64,000 nt of DNA. It comes from Candidatus Eiseniibacteriota bacterium (lineage in GTDB: Bacteria; Eisenbacteria; RBG-16-71-46). The notes under the pieces are model-generated. The model was not told the DNA's origin. It did no database searches and saw nothing but the letters and a program-made list of their open reading frames with translations. Below are positions 12,999 through 22,893 of the stretch, piece after piece. The DNA lies in contig JBGAML010000012.1 in assembly GCA_044223005.1 (NCBI GenBank), positions 32,001 to 96,000 of the forward strand, read 5' to 3'. The number at the start of each line of letters is the position of its first letter. The stretch's first letter is position 1. A program made the translations under genes and the position numbers.

Positions 12999-13356
12999 GA
13001 GGCGATCTCCTCGGGCGGCAGCGCGACGTTCGACGGATGGACCTCACGGCACGTTAGCACCCCGAACCGGTCCGTTGCGCGGTGCATGAGCGGCGGGTGC
13101 GGCCGAAGCTCGAGCCCTCGGCGAATCGAGAAGCGCGTTGCACGGCTGCCACACCCCGTGGCGAACCCGGCGCCTCCCGCGATCACCTGCGACGTGGAAG
13201 GACGGGATCGGCGCGCGTTCGAGGCCAGCACCTCGTGGCTCGCTTCGTGCAGTGACCGCCGTCGGCCCCGGAGCACCGGTCCCTCTCGAAGCACGCGTGC
13301 CCCGAGGACGAACGCTCCCCGCGTTCCACTCCGACGTCCCCCGCCGGAGGCCGCCG

Positions 13357-14565
13357 ATGCCGCAAATCTCGTTTCGCGCGATCGCGGGCACCGCGCTCGC
13401 GCTGGCGTTCGTCATGGGCACCGCGCTCGTTCCGTCGCGTGCGACTGCCGAGCCCACGCGACGCATGACCGTTCCCCCCGACACCTCGCTCACGCAGGTC
13501 CGCGCGTTCGTGTCGGCGCGCGCGCTGCACAGCCGCGTGCCGGCGTCCCTGTTGCGTGGCGGTCCGGGTGTGCAGCGACTGCTGCGCGAGCGGCTCGCGC
13601 ACGACCCGAAGTATCGCTCGGAGGATCTTCCGGCGGTTCTCGATGCGCTCCTCGCCGGCGAGGGCCGCCTCCCGATCGAAGCGAGCATCGCCCCCGGGGC
13701 CTGCGCGCACTGTCCCGCCGGCGCAGCGGCGATGGCGCTCGACGCACTGGCCGCGGGAGCGCCGGCGCTCTCGCGCGGCCCGCGGGGCCTGCGACTCGAG
13801 ATCCGGAACCTCACCTGGAGCTATCGCACGGCGACGCGAGCGGTGGGGACCCGAGCATCGGAACGGATCTCCGGCACGCAGCCGGTGCCCAATCCCGAAT
13901 ACACGCGCCTGCAGACGGAGCTGCAGATCGCACTCGCCAACCGCCAGGACGCCGAGGAGAACGACCGCAAGGAGAACGGCTTCTGGTCGGGGCTCCGGGC
14001 GATGATGGACCGCAGCATCGTCCGGGCCTGCGAGCGATCGCTGAACGCGACGTCGCCCCTCGTGGACGCGCCGATCCACGAGCGCTACGCGATCGAGCTC
14101 ACGCGCGCCGAGTCCCACGCGACGCTCTCGGCGATCGTGGCACTGCTCGATCCGCGCACCGGGCACGTCGAGATGCTGCCGGTGGAAGCGAGCCTCGACC
14201 GGCGCGCCGACGGCGTGCGGGGCGTGCGGCCGGGAGATGCGAGCGGTGCGAGCGATCTCGATGCCGAGGAGCTCCTGCCGGACGAGCGCGACCAGTTCGC
14301 GGCGGCGCTCGACACGCTGCATGCGAGCGTCGCGACGCCGGTACGGATCGCCGCCGGCCGCGCCGCGCTGCGGCGTGCCGCGTTCGAGAATCGTCGCGGC
14401 CGGGGCGCGGAGGCGCTGGGGTGGCTGCTGCTCGCGCGCGACTGCGGCGCGGACCCGCCCGAGTCGGCGGGCGTGGACGCTGTGCTGCGACGGCTCGCGC
14501 GCACGCCGCTCTCGCAACTGGCGCAGCTGCGACCGAAGCCATTCGCGCTTCCGCCCGGCGACTGA
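13357..14565 (+). CDS. Secreted hypothetical protein
   Basis: GGAGG RBS, N-terminal signal peptide and genome-typical codon usage. No recognisable family. Confidence 0.6.
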   Translation: MPQISFRAIAGTALALAFVMGTALVPSRATAEPTRRMTVPPDTSLTQVRAFVSARALHSRVPASLLRGGPGVQRLLRERLAHDPKYRSEDLPAVLDALLAGEGRLPIEASIAPGACAHCPAGAAAMALDALAAGAPALSRGPRGLRLEIRNLTWSYRTATRAVGTRASERISGTQPVPNPEYTRLQTELQIALANRQDAEENDRKENGFWSGLRAMMDRSIVRACERSLNATSPLVDAPIHERYAIELTRAESHATLSAIVALLDPRTGHVEMLPVEASLDRRADGVRGVRPGDASGASDLDAEELLPDERDQFAAALDTLHASVATPVRIAAGRAALRRAAFENRRGRGAEALGWLLLARDCGADPPESAGVDAVLRRLARTPLSQLAQLRPKPFALPPGD

Positions 14566-14593
14566 TCCGTCCCGCGGCCGCGCGAGAAGCGAA

Positions 14594-14624
14594 CCGGGGC
14601 CGCACCACGAGGGTGCGGCCCCGG
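14594..14624. terminator. GC-rich hairpin between convergent genes
   Basis: CCGGGGCCGCACC-acgag-GGTGCGGCCCCGG, a 13-bp perfect stem. Confidence 0.5.
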
Positions 14625-14690
14625 CCACGTGCCCTCGTTCGGGCGCGATCGGATGGTCACGCGGCGACGAAGGGACGGAACTCCTTCGGA

Positions 14691-15125
14691 TCAGGTGTGC
14701 ACTTTCGCCGTGGCGTGCAGGCTGCGGCCGTTGGCGAACCGCAGCTCGATTCCCGTCGTGTCGCCCTCGGCCACGCCGACGACCGCCTCCATCGCCATGA
14801 CGTGGTTGCCGCCGGGCTTGAAGAGCAGCTTCGAGTGCGGTGCGACCGCGAAGCGGTCCTTCTCGCGCATCGTCATCATGCCTTCGACCTTCACGGTCTC
14901 GTGCATCATGGACATCTGCGCGATCGGGACGTCGACACCCACGAGCACCAGCGTGTCCGGCGAATCGTTGACGAGGGTGAAATAGGCCGCGGTCGTCTGC
15001 CCCGTCTCGACCGGGCGGATCCATGGATCCTCGACCCGGACGGGCGGCGTGCCCGCGCCGCAGCCTGCCACCACCCACACGGCGACGCAGGCGACGGCGC
15101 CCGCGAGCCAGCGTTCAGAACGCAT
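14691..15125 (-). CDS. Periplasmic copper chaperone PCu(A)C, lipoprotein
   Basis: VAGC lipobox, PWIRP..TAAYF, HET(x5)MMxM and KPGGNHVM copper ligands. Confidence 0.9.
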   Translation of the reverse strand: MRSERWLAGAVACVAVWVVAGCGAGTPPVRVEDPWIRPVETGQTTAAYFTLVNDSPDTLVLVGVDVPIAQMSMMHETVKVEGMMTMREKDRFAVAPHSKLLFKPGGNHVMAMEAVVGVAEGDTTGIELRFANGRSLHATAKVHT

Positions 15126-16053
15126 GTCCGACCTCCCACTTGAAGAGAACCGGCGCCAGGAGCTGCTCGCCGTTCACTCGATCGTGCACGGCCACGGGCA
15201 CCGACATCGTGCTCCGCCAGCCGGCGAGGTTCATGTCCAGTCGCGGCGCGACGAAGAGGCGTTCGTAGCCCGTGTCCTCCGGGTGTCCGTCCGCACCTCC
15301 GTCACGCGCGCGGATGCTGCCGAGAATAGCCAGACCCGGCGCGAAGCGTGCCCCGCCGAGCGCGAGGCCCGTCCGTGACAGCGAGGCCGAGAGGTCGACT
15401 TCGCCGCCCGGCTCGTATGCGCCGGTGAATGCGAGGGGCTCCTGCCACTGCCCCTCGAGGTACCACGTCCACCGTCCTTGCGAACCGAGCGAGCCGACGT
15501 GGTACGCACCCAGCAAGAGGTCGGTGCTGCCCGTGCCGATCTCCGTGTCGCGGTCGAAACCGGCGTAGGTCCAGTCGCCCGTCGGCAGCTTCGCGCCGAG
15601 GCTCACGCCCGTGGAACGATCCGGCGAGAACCCGGAGAACGTCCCGAGCACGCGCACGTCACCGAGGGCCCCGTGCGTGAACGACGCGAGGTCGCCGGCT
15701 TCGTCGAGCGTGTGGAAGCGCCGGTGCCACCACGGCACGGCCGCGCCGACGCTCCACGCACGATCGAACGCCCACCGCACGCGCGCCGTGAGCAGGTTCG
15801 TGCGCACGAGCTGGTCCTCGTTGTCGGCCGCGGGGGCCGACGCGGTGCCGTGCCAGTTGTGATCCTGGTCCTGGAAGTCGTACTCGAACGAGAACTCACC
15901 GCCCGCACGGGCGGGGAACGTCGCGGGGGTCCCGACTTCGAACACCCCGCAACCGCACGCGCACGCGGCCGCCTGCCGAGACGGTACACCGGTGAGCACC
16001 AGGACCACGGCCAGGATGATGCCGAGACGATGGAAGCTGCCGCTCTCGTTCAT
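15115..16053 (-). CDS. Putative outer-membrane beta-barrel (transporter/MetA-pathway-like) with N-terminal CACGC motif
   Basis: Signal peptide then CACGCG, GALGD..., KLPTG, GTGSTDL, amphipathic strands and a terminal Phe. Overlaps the PCuAC start. Confidence 0.7.
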   Translation of the reverse strand: MNESGSFHRLGIILAVVLVLTGVPSRQAAACACGCGVFEVGTPATFPARAGGEFSFEYDFQDQDHNWHGTASAPAADNEDQLVRTNLLTARVRWAFDRAWSVGAAVPWWHRRFHTLDEAGDLASFTHGALGDVRVLGTFSGFSPDRSTGVSLGAKLPTGDWTYAGFDRDTEIGTGSTDLLLGAYHVGSLGSQGRWTWYLEGQWQEPLAFTGAYEPGGEVDLSASLSRTGLALGGARFAPGLAILGSIRARDGGADGHPEDTGYERLFVAPRLDMNLAGWRSTMSVPVAVHDRVNGEQLLAPVLFKWEVGHAF

Positions 16054-16097
16054 CGGATTCGTTCCTCACGGATGGAAGTGGGGCGATCGCGACGCAT

Positions 16098-18176
16098 TCA
16101 GGATTTCACGTTGAGCTTGAGCCACATCGTGCGACCGGGCTCGTGGATCCGCTCCGGACTCGCGGGGTATCCGAAGATCGAGTTGCCCGCCAGGTTGAGG
16201 TGCTCGGCGTACGTGCGGTCGAGCAGGTTGTCGACTCCGGCCGCGACCACGAAACCGTGCGGCAGGCGGCGCGCGGCGTTCAGCGACAGCAGGCCGAAGC
16301 CCGCCGTGCGCCCGAGGTCACGGCCCACGACGTTGCCCTGGTCGAGGGCGAAACGTTCCTGGGTGGCCACGAGCCGGCCCAACACGCCGATGCTCCACGC
16401 GCGGCCGTCGTCGTACGCCAGCGAGGTCCTGGACTCGAGCGGCGGCAACTGCGCCAGCGGCTTGTTCTCGGTCTGGTTCCGCCCCCACGAGTAGGCGATC
16501 GAGGACTCGAGCGTCCACGCGCGCCGGAGCCTCCACGTGGCTCCCGCCTCGGCGCCGGCGATCCGGGCGTCGACGTTGCGCGCCGCGGTGGTGGTCGTCC
16601 CCATCACCGTCGTGTACTGGAACAGGATGTCGTTGACCACGCGCCCGGCGTAGGCGGACACCCACGCGCGCGCGTGCGGCAGCGCGAACTGCGTGCCGAG
16701 ATCCAGTTGCGTCAGGCGTTCGGGCTGGATCGCGGCGAAGGCATTGACGCTGCCCGCCGGGCCCTTGGCGGGCGAAATGAGCTCCCAGTAGTCCGGGAAG
16801 CGTTCGTTGTGCCCCACCCCCGCGTAGAGCGATGCGTGCTCTCCGGCCTCGCGCTCGATCCGCACGAACCCCGAGGGCAGCTGCTTCTCGCGCGTCCGCC
16901 CGCGCGTGGGATTCGGCATCGGCGTCATGCCGGCCGTGAGCGCCCGGCGGTCCTGCGCGAGCGCGAAGTCCCAGCGGCCGCCGGAGACGACGCGCGTGGA
17001 GGGCAGCGCGATCCAGTTCAGTTCGGCGAAGCCACCGACGTCGGAGAACTCCGCGTCGTCCTTCCACGGCACGCCGAGGTAGTTCGGGCCGGCAACCTGG
17101 CGAATACGGTGCAGGTTCCACGCGTGATCGGCACCCGCGACGAGGTTCAGGTCACCGCCCGGACGCCAGGTCGTCGCGAGCCGGCCGGCCCACGTCCGCC
17201 GGCCGACGTTGCTGGTCATGGGCATCGCCAGACTGGGATTCGTGGGTCGCAGCGAGAAGTTGTCCATGACGTGATCGACGTCGTACCAGCCGAGCTGGCC
17301 CTCGATCGATTCCAGCACACCCGTGAACTCCTGCCGGGCGCGCAGCCCGATCGTGCGGCGTTCGATCTGCGTGGCGTCCATCCGGCGGCCCGCGTAGCGT
17401 GCCTCGCCGTCGCTGGTGCCGGCGTCGAGCTCGAGCCGCGTGCGCGTGGGGGCGTTCCAGCCCAGTGCACCGTCCACGGTCCACTTGTTCCAACGCGACG
17501 GCACGCGCTCGCCGTCACCGTCCTCGTAGTCGTCCTGCTGCGAGCGGCTCGCGCTCACGCGCAGGTCTCCGCGCGCCACGCCCGCCGCGAAGTCCGCCAT
17601 CTGGTCGTTGCGTCCCCACGAGCCCCCGGTGAGCGCCGACGTCACGCGCGCACCGGCAGCAACGAACGCGGGCGCCTGTCGGTCGAACCGCACCGTTCCC
17701 GCGGAGGCGCCGGGTCCCCAGATCACGGTCTGCGGTCCCTTCAGGACCGTGAGCCGGTCGAACGTCTCGGGAACGATGTACGACGTCGGCGAGTCCATGC
17801 GTCCCGGGCACGCACCCAGCATGCACGAGCCGTCCGTGAGGACGTTGACGCGCGAGCCGATCATGCCGCGAAGCACGGGGTCGCCGTTGGTGCCGCCCGT
17901 GCGAATCACCGCGAAGCCCGGGACCGTCTTCAGGAAATCGCCGCCGTCGCTGGCCGGCACCGGCTGTCGCGGCACGCGCGGATCGGTCGTGAACGTGAGT
18001 GCCGAAATGGGTGCGACCGCCGTGACGATCACGGGTTCGACCGCGACGATCGCCGTGTCCGGCCGCGCCGCCGGCGGGACCGCCGCGGCGGCCGTACCGG
18101 CCACCAGTGCGGCTCCGAAGCCGAGGAGGGCGAGACGGGTGATGCGCCGCGCCCGGTGAAAGAAGAGCTGTCTCAT
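16098..18176 (-). CDS. oprC: TonB-dependent copper receptor
   Basis: PRQPVPASDGGDFLKT, plug GACPGRMD (CxxxM), DHVMDNF (HxM), C-terminal NLLDRTYAEHL...EPGRT. Confidence 0.9.
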   Translation of the reverse strand: MRQLFFHRARRITRLALLGFGAALVAGTAAAAVPPAARPDTAIVAVEPVIVTAVAPISALTFTTDPRVPRQPVPASDGGDFLKTVPGFAVIRTGGTNGDPVLRGMIGSRVNVLTDGSCMLGACPGRMDSPTSYIVPETFDRLTVLKGPQTVIWGPGASAGTVRFDRQAPAFVAAGARVTSALTGGSWGRNDQMADFAAGVARGDLRVSASRSQQDDYEDGDGERVPSRWNKWTVDGALGWNAPTRTRLELDAGTSDGEARYAGRRMDATQIERRTIGLRARQEFTGVLESIEGQLGWYDVDHVMDNFSLRPTNPSLAMPMTSNVGRRTWAGRLATTWRPGGDLNLVAGADHAWNLHRIRQVAGPNYLGVPWKDDAEFSDVGGFAELNWIALPSTRVVSGGRWDFALAQDRRALTAGMTPMPNPTRGRTREKQLPSGFVRIEREAGEHASLYAGVGHNERFPDYWELISPAKGPAGSVNAFAAIQPERLTQLDLGTQFALPHARAWVSAYAGRVVNDILFQYTTVMGTTTTAARNVDARIAGAEAGATWRLRRAWTLESSIAYSWGRNQTENKPLAQLPPLESRTSLAYDDGRAWSIGVLGRLVATQERFALDQGNVVGRDLGRTAGFGLLSLNAARRLPHGFVVAAGVDNLLDRTYAEHLNLAGNSIFGYPASPERIHEPGRTMWLKLNVKS

Positions 18177-18394
18177 GGGAGTCCTTCAGGCCCGGGATAC
18201 GGCCAGGGCCGCCCGAGCACGGGAATGGTGGAGTTCGATCGCAGCGAATGCCCGGCGCTCCCGCCCCGAGGGAACGGGAGACGATCGAGAACGAATCGCG
18301 CCCGGGCGGCGTGACGCACCGCCGAGCGGCCACGACAGGCAGCCGCCGGGCGCTTGCGCTCAGCGCGTCGCCGGACGTGGATCGGGAGGTGGGA

Positions 18395-18775
18395 TCAGGC
18401 CGCGGCGGGACGGGGCGGCGGATCGGGCGAGCGCAGGGGGCGCGGCTCGGGGCGGCCGGGCGAGCCGGCACGCAGGTGCGTGAAGGCCTCGGGCGCGGGC
18501 ACGGGCGTCACCCCGGGCAGCTCGTAGGGCGTGACGACGGGCAGCGTGACGTCCGACCCGCGCGTGCCGGAGCAACCGGCGCAATCGAGGAGGCTGACAC
18601 CCTCGGCCGGCGCAGCCGGTTTCGGATGATGCACGCGGCAGTGGGCGCAATGACACTCGCCACAGCATGAACACGACCGCGCCGGCGTGCGCGCCCTCAC
18701 CGCCGCGAAGACCGTCAGCGGCATGGCGTCGAACATCACGAGGAGCAGCATCAAGGCGGCGAGCAGGCGGCGCAT
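18395..18775 (-). CDS. Cys/His-rich exported leader protein, DUF2946/CruR/CutF-like (putative copper-sensing uORF)
   Basis: Hydrophobic N-terminus, CSCCGECHCAHC, CAGC and C-terminal RSPDPPPR. Lies directly upstream of oprC. Confidence 0.65.
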   Translation of the reverse strand: MRRLLAALMLLLVMFDAMPLTVFAAVRARTPARSCSCCGECHCAHCRVHHPKPAAPAEGVSLLDCAGCSGTRGSDVTLPVVTPYELPGVTPVPAPEAFTHLRAGSPGRPEPRPLRSPDPPPRPAAA

Positions 18776-18852
18776 GGCCGGCAGTTAACCCGAGCCGACG
18801 GTCGTGCCGCAAGCGCGGCGGCGCGCCAACCGCCGCCGCGTGGATCGGCCCG

Positions 18853-19479
18853 CTAGCCCGGCAGCGCCTTGCGCGCGGCGACGAGGCCGGCGGGGTCGGC
18901 GTCGAGCCCCACCAGCACGTGGCGCACGACACCCGCGCCGTCGAGCAGGTAGACGTTGCTCGAGTGCGCGATCGCCCCCTCGGCCTCCTCACGCACCTTC
19001 ACGCCGAGCACCGCGGCGAGATCGGTCGTCGCGTCCCGGCTGCCGCGCAGGAGCCGCCAGCGCGAGAGCGGCAGCTCGCGGGCACGCGCGAACGCCGCGA
19101 GCGTGTCGGGCGCGTCGTGGTCGGGATCGAGCGTGACCAGCACGAACCACGTGTCCTCACGCGCCTTCTCCGGCAGGGCCGACTCGACGCGGCGGAGGTT
19201 CGCGAGCAGCAGCGGGCACGCCGACGTGCAGCGCGTGTAGACCATCGCGAGCATCACGGGCCGGCCGTGATACCGGGCCAGCGTGACGGGCTCGCCCGAC
19301 TGGTCGACGAACGTGGAATCGAACGCGTCGAGCGACTCGCCGGCCGCGAGCCCGGCCGGCAGCGTGGCGTCGAACGCGGGTGACGACGCCGAGTGGGACG
19401 GAGCGTCCGCGCGGTTGCAGCCGGCGAGCGCGAGCAGGAGCGCCGAGACGGACGCGGCGCGAAGCACGATCGATTTCAT
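18853..19479 (-). CDS. SCO1/SenC family copper chaperone, lipoprotein
   Basis: LAGC lipobox, YTRCTSACP (CxxxC), TLDPDHD and IAHSS. The ATG overlaps the stop of the upstream gene. Confidence 0.9.
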   Translation of the reverse strand: MKSIVLRAASVSALLLALAGCNRADAPSHSASSPAFDATLPAGLAAGESLDAFDSTFVDQSGEPVTLARYHGRPVMLAMVYTRCTSACPLLLANLRRVESALPEKAREDTWFVLVTLDPDHDAPDTLAAFARARELPLSRWRLLRGSRDATTDLAAVLGVKVREEAEGAIAHSSNVYLLDGAGVVRHVLVGLDADPAGLVAARKALPG

Positions 19480-20366
19480 GGAGTCCTCGCCGCGGAGACC
19501 GCGGCCGGCGCGGGCGCGTCGGCCGCCTCGCGGAATCCCAGGTTGCCCACGCAGTAGCGCGCCGAGAGGCTGCTGCGGAACGCGTAACGCATGAACGCGG
19601 CGTAATCGCGGAAGTCCGCGGCGTTGGTGGCGCCGCTGCCACAGAAGAGCGAGCGGTCGAGCGCGGCGTCGCCGCGCGACTCGCCGTTGACGAGCGCCGA
19701 CGAGAAATCGGCCGTCCACTCCCACACCAGCCCGTGCATGTCCCAGATGCCGTACACGTTCCGGTACGTCGAGCCGACGTTCGGCAACCGTTCCGGCGTC
19801 CGCTGTGAGTACCACGCGCGCAGGCGGTCCTGGAACGCGGGGTCGCGCGTGGCGTCGGCGCGTGTTTCGCTGGCGGTGGCGACGTATTCCCACTGGTCCA
19901 CCGTCGGCAGCCGGTGCCCGCGCCACGCGCAGTACGCCTTCGCCGCGAACCACGACACGTGGACGACGGGGCTGCGCGCGATCGCGGGATCGCCGAAGTC
20001 GAGGTCCGACTTCCAGTGCCGCAGGTACGACTCGTCGACGAACAGCTTCGACGCGCGCGAGCGCCCCCACTCGGGGTGTTCGCGCACGAACGCGAGGAAC
20101 TCGGCGTTCGTGACGGCGTGCGCCGCCATCCGAAACGCCGGGACGCGGATCGGCGGTGCAGTGGTCCTCCCCACCACACCGCTCGAGTCCCGCGCCGGTC
20201 GCCGAAACAGCGGCCGGTAGGATCCCGCAGGGATCCCTCGCATGCCGTCGTCGCCGACGGCTTTCGGCACCGCGGCCGCCGTGCACCGGACGAGCGGTCC
20301 GGCGAGCGGTGCTCCGAGCACCGCCACCAGCACCAACCGTCCGATCGCACGGCACGCGCGGTTCAT
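19476..20366 (-). CDS. Formylglycine-generating-enzyme-fold protein (NirV-like)
   Basis: VTNAEF, PVVHVSWFAAKAYC, RLPTVDQWE, GIWDMHGLVWEW and NLGFR. Immediately downstream of nirK. Confidence 0.85.
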   Translation of the reverse strand: MNRACRAIGRLVLVAVLGAPLAGPLVRCTAAAVPKAVGDDGMRGIPAGSYRPLFRRPARDSSGVVGRTTAPPIRVPAFRMAAHAVTNAEFLAFVREHPEWGRSRASKLFVDESYLRHWKSDLDFGDPAIARSPVVHVSWFAAKAYCAWRGHRLPTVDQWEYVATASETRADATRDPAFQDRLRAWYSQRTPERLPNVGSTYRNVYGIWDMHGLVWEWTADFSSALVNGESRGDAALDRSLFCGSGATNAADFRDYAAFMRYAFRSSLSARYCVGNLGFREAADAPAPAAVSAARTP

Positions 20367-20370
20367 GGCG

Positions 20371-21795
20371 TCACTTCTTCGGCGTCTTCGCCCGGATCGC
20401 GGCCACCTCGGCCGGCGTCACCTCCCAGCCCGCGTTGTTCCACTGGCTGGAGACGAACGTCAGCACGTTGGCGATCGCTTCGTCCGAGAGTCCCAGTGCC
20501 GGCATGGTGCTGTTGAAAGGCGATCCGTTGACGGTGATCGGACCGGAGTGCCCGCTCATCACGATGCCGATCGCGCGCGCCTTGTCGGCGTTGAGGAAGT
20601 CCGAGTGCGCGAGCGGCGGGAACGAACCCGGGATGCCCATGCCGCTCGGCTGGTGGCACGCGGCGCAGATGTTCGAGAACACGACCTTGCCGCGCTCGAT
20701 GCGCTCGGCCTTGTCCTTCGCCGGCACCTCGGCGGGCGCCGCACCCACCGACTGGATCGCGCCGCCCTCGGGCCGGTAGACGTCGTCATGCTGCTTGCCC
20801 GAGTACACCAGCTTGTCCTCGGGACCTTCGACCTTGAGCATGCCGAGCGCGCCCTGGTTGAAGGCGCGGAAGATCGCGTGGTCGACGAGGATGTAGGTGC
20901 CGGGCACCTGCGTGCGGAACGAGACCATCGTCGCGCCGCCGGGCGGGATCAGCGTCGTCTGCACGTTGTGCGTGACCGTCGTGCCGCCCTCGGTCCAGAC
21001 GTCGTCGAAGATCTCGCCGATCACGTGGAACGACGACGTGAGGTTCGGGCCGCCGTTGCCGACGAACAGCCGCACCGTCTCGCCCGTCCTGGCAGTCAGC
21101 GCGTGATCGCCCGTGAGCGCGCCGACCGAACCGTTGAAGACCACGTACTCGGGCTGCTCGCGGATCGCCTTCTCCATGCTGAACGGCTGCAGTCCCGCGT
21201 CGCCGTTGGCGCCCGCCGTGTAGAACTCGCTCTGCTGCACGTAGTACTCGTGGTCGACCTTGGGCAGCCCGCCCTCGGGCTCGACGAGGATCAGGCCCGA
21301 CATGCCGTTGCCGATGTGCATGCCGACCGGCGCGGTGGCGCAGTGGTAGACGAACAGGCCCGGGTTGAGGGCCCGGAACGAGAACGTCGACGAGTGCCCC
21401 GGAGCCGTGAACGACGAGGCCGCACCGCCACCGGGCCCCGTGACCGCGTGCAGGTCGATGTTGTGCGGCATCTTGCTCGAGGGATCGTTGTTGAGGTGGA
21501 ACTCGATCTCGTCGCCCTCGCGCACGCGGATGAACTTGCCGGGCACGTCGCCGCCGAAGGTCCAGAACGTGTAGCTCACACCGTCGGCGAGGCGCTTGGT
21601 CACTTCCATCGTCGTCAGGCGCACGATCACCTTGGTCGGATGGTTGCGATGAATCGGCGGCGGCACGTTGGGCGCCGAAGTCAGCACGGCTTCTTCCTGG
21701 CCCTGGATCGTGTCGCTGCTGCCGGAGCAACCCGCGAGACCGCACAGCACGGCAGACGCGAACAGCGCGTGGAGGATGGAAGGCACGCGTTTCAC
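20371..21795 (-). CDS. nirK: Copper-containing nitrite reductase with C-terminal cytochrome c domain, lipoprotein
   Basis: [30 protein letters not shown] and VDH copper ligands; C-terminal CAACH heme site; LAGC lipobox; GTG start after AAAGGAAG. Confidence 0.95.
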   Translation of the reverse strand: MKRVPSILHALFASAVLCGLAGCSGSSDTIQGQEEAVLTSAPNVPPPIHRNHPTKVIVRLTTMEVTKRLADGVSYTFWTFGGDVPGKFIRVREGDEIEFHLNNDPSSKMPHNIDLHAVTGPGGGAASSFTAPGHSSTFSFRALNPGLFVYHCATAPVGMHIGNGMSGLILVEPEGGLPKVDHEYYVQQSEFYTAGANGDAGLQPFSMEKAIREQPEYVVFNGSVGALTGDHALTARTGETVRLFVGNGGPNLTSSFHVIGEIFDDVWTEGGTTVTHNVQTTLIPPGGATMVSFRTQVPGTYILVDHAIFRAFNQGALGMLKVEGPEDKLVYSGKQHDDVYRPEGGAIQSVGAAPAEVPAKDKAERIERGKVVFSNICAACHQPSGMGIPGSFPPLAHSDFLNADKARAIGIVMSGHSGPITVNGSPFNSTMPALGLSDEAIANVLTFVSSQWNNAGWEVTPAEVAAIRAKTPKK

Positions 21796-21995
21796 GGAGG
21801 TCTTCCTTTCTGCGGCGCGATCGGCGCCGACATTGGATCGCGATCTATCTCCGCGGTCGCGCACGGGAGCAAGCACGAACGTGTCGTGCTGCGATGCGAG
21901 ACGCGAGAGGCGCGTCGCGCGAGCGCGCGCGGGACCGGGAGTCGAACGGCAGCGGTTCATGTCCCGATCCTCGGCGCCGCGCCGTGGGGGCGACC

Positions 21996-22009
21996 ATGAC
22001 GCGCGTCAT
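21996..22009. promoter_or_regulatory. Fnr-box-like palindrome between nirK and the Crp/Fnr gene
   Basis: ATGAC-GCGC-GTCAT, a perfect palindrome with the 5-4-5 Fnr geometry. Confidence 0.5.
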
Positions 22010-22179
22010 ATCGCTTGCGCATTTTTGTGCAAGAGAACCGCGAATCGCGTCGCGGCCGCCCCGGCATTGGCCGTGCGCGCACGTCGCAACCGCGCACCCG
22101 CACGCGAGATGACAGCACGCGACGGCTGCGGCACCATGCGGGCTCCCGTTCCTGAACGTCCGAGGAGTCCACGTTCGCC

Positions 22180-22890
22180 ATGCCCGATCTCCGCGCCGAA
22201 CGCGTCCACGCCGCCGTCCAGTCGCTGCCGATGTTCCGCGGCCTGCCGCCCGAGGAACGCGCGTGGGTCGAATCGGTGGCGGTGATGCGCGACCTCGCGA
22301 AGGGCGACCTGCTCTGGGACGAAGGCGATCCCGCGGACTCGCTCACGCTGATCGTGAGCGGGCGCGTGAAGATCGTGCGTCACGGCGACGGCGCGGACGT
22401 GATCCTCGAGATCTTCGGCACGGGCGAACCCGTGGGCGCGGTCGCGGTCTACAACCGCATGCGCTATCCCGCGTCGGCCGTCGCGCTCGAGCCGACCGCG
22501 CTGCTCTGCATGCCCGCGCGCGACTACTTCGCACTGCTCGAGCGCCATCCCGATCTCTCGCGCACGCTGGTGGGCGAGCTGACGCGGCTCTACGTGGCGC
22601 TCTCGCGCAAGCTGCAGGACATGCGCACGCAGCGCGTCGAGGCGCGCATCGCGCAGCTCTTCCTCGGCCTCGCCGAGCGCATGGGCCGGCCCGACGAAGC
22701 CGGCACGCGGATCCCGATGCACCTCTCGCGGCAGGAGGTCGCCGAGATGGTCGGCACCACCGTCGAGTCCGCGATCCGCGTGCTCTCGCGCTGGGGACGG
22801 GACGGCGTGCTCACGAGCGGCGAACGCCAGTTCGTGATCCCGTCGGTCGACGCCCTGCGCGCGATCGCCGACGGCCGCGCCGAAGGCTGA
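22180..22890 (+). CDS. Crp/Fnr family transcriptional regulator (DNR/NnrR-like, no Fe-S Cys cluster)
   Basis: cNMP-binding barrel (EGDPADSL..SGRVKI) and HTH LSRQEVAEMVGTTVESAIRVLS. Divergent from nirK. Confidence 0.92.
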   Translation: MPDLRAERVHAAVQSLPMFRGLPPEERAWVESVAVMRDLAKGDLLWDEGDPADSLTLIVSGRVKIVRHGDGADVILEIFGTGEPVGAVAVYNRMRYPASAVALEPTALLCMPARDYFALLERHPDLSRTLVGELTRLYVALSRKLQDMRTQRVEARIAQLFLGLAERMGRPDEAGTRIPMHLSRQEVAEMVGTTVESAIRVLSRWGRDGVLTSGERQFVIPSVDALRAIADGRAEG

Positions 22891-22893
22891 GCG

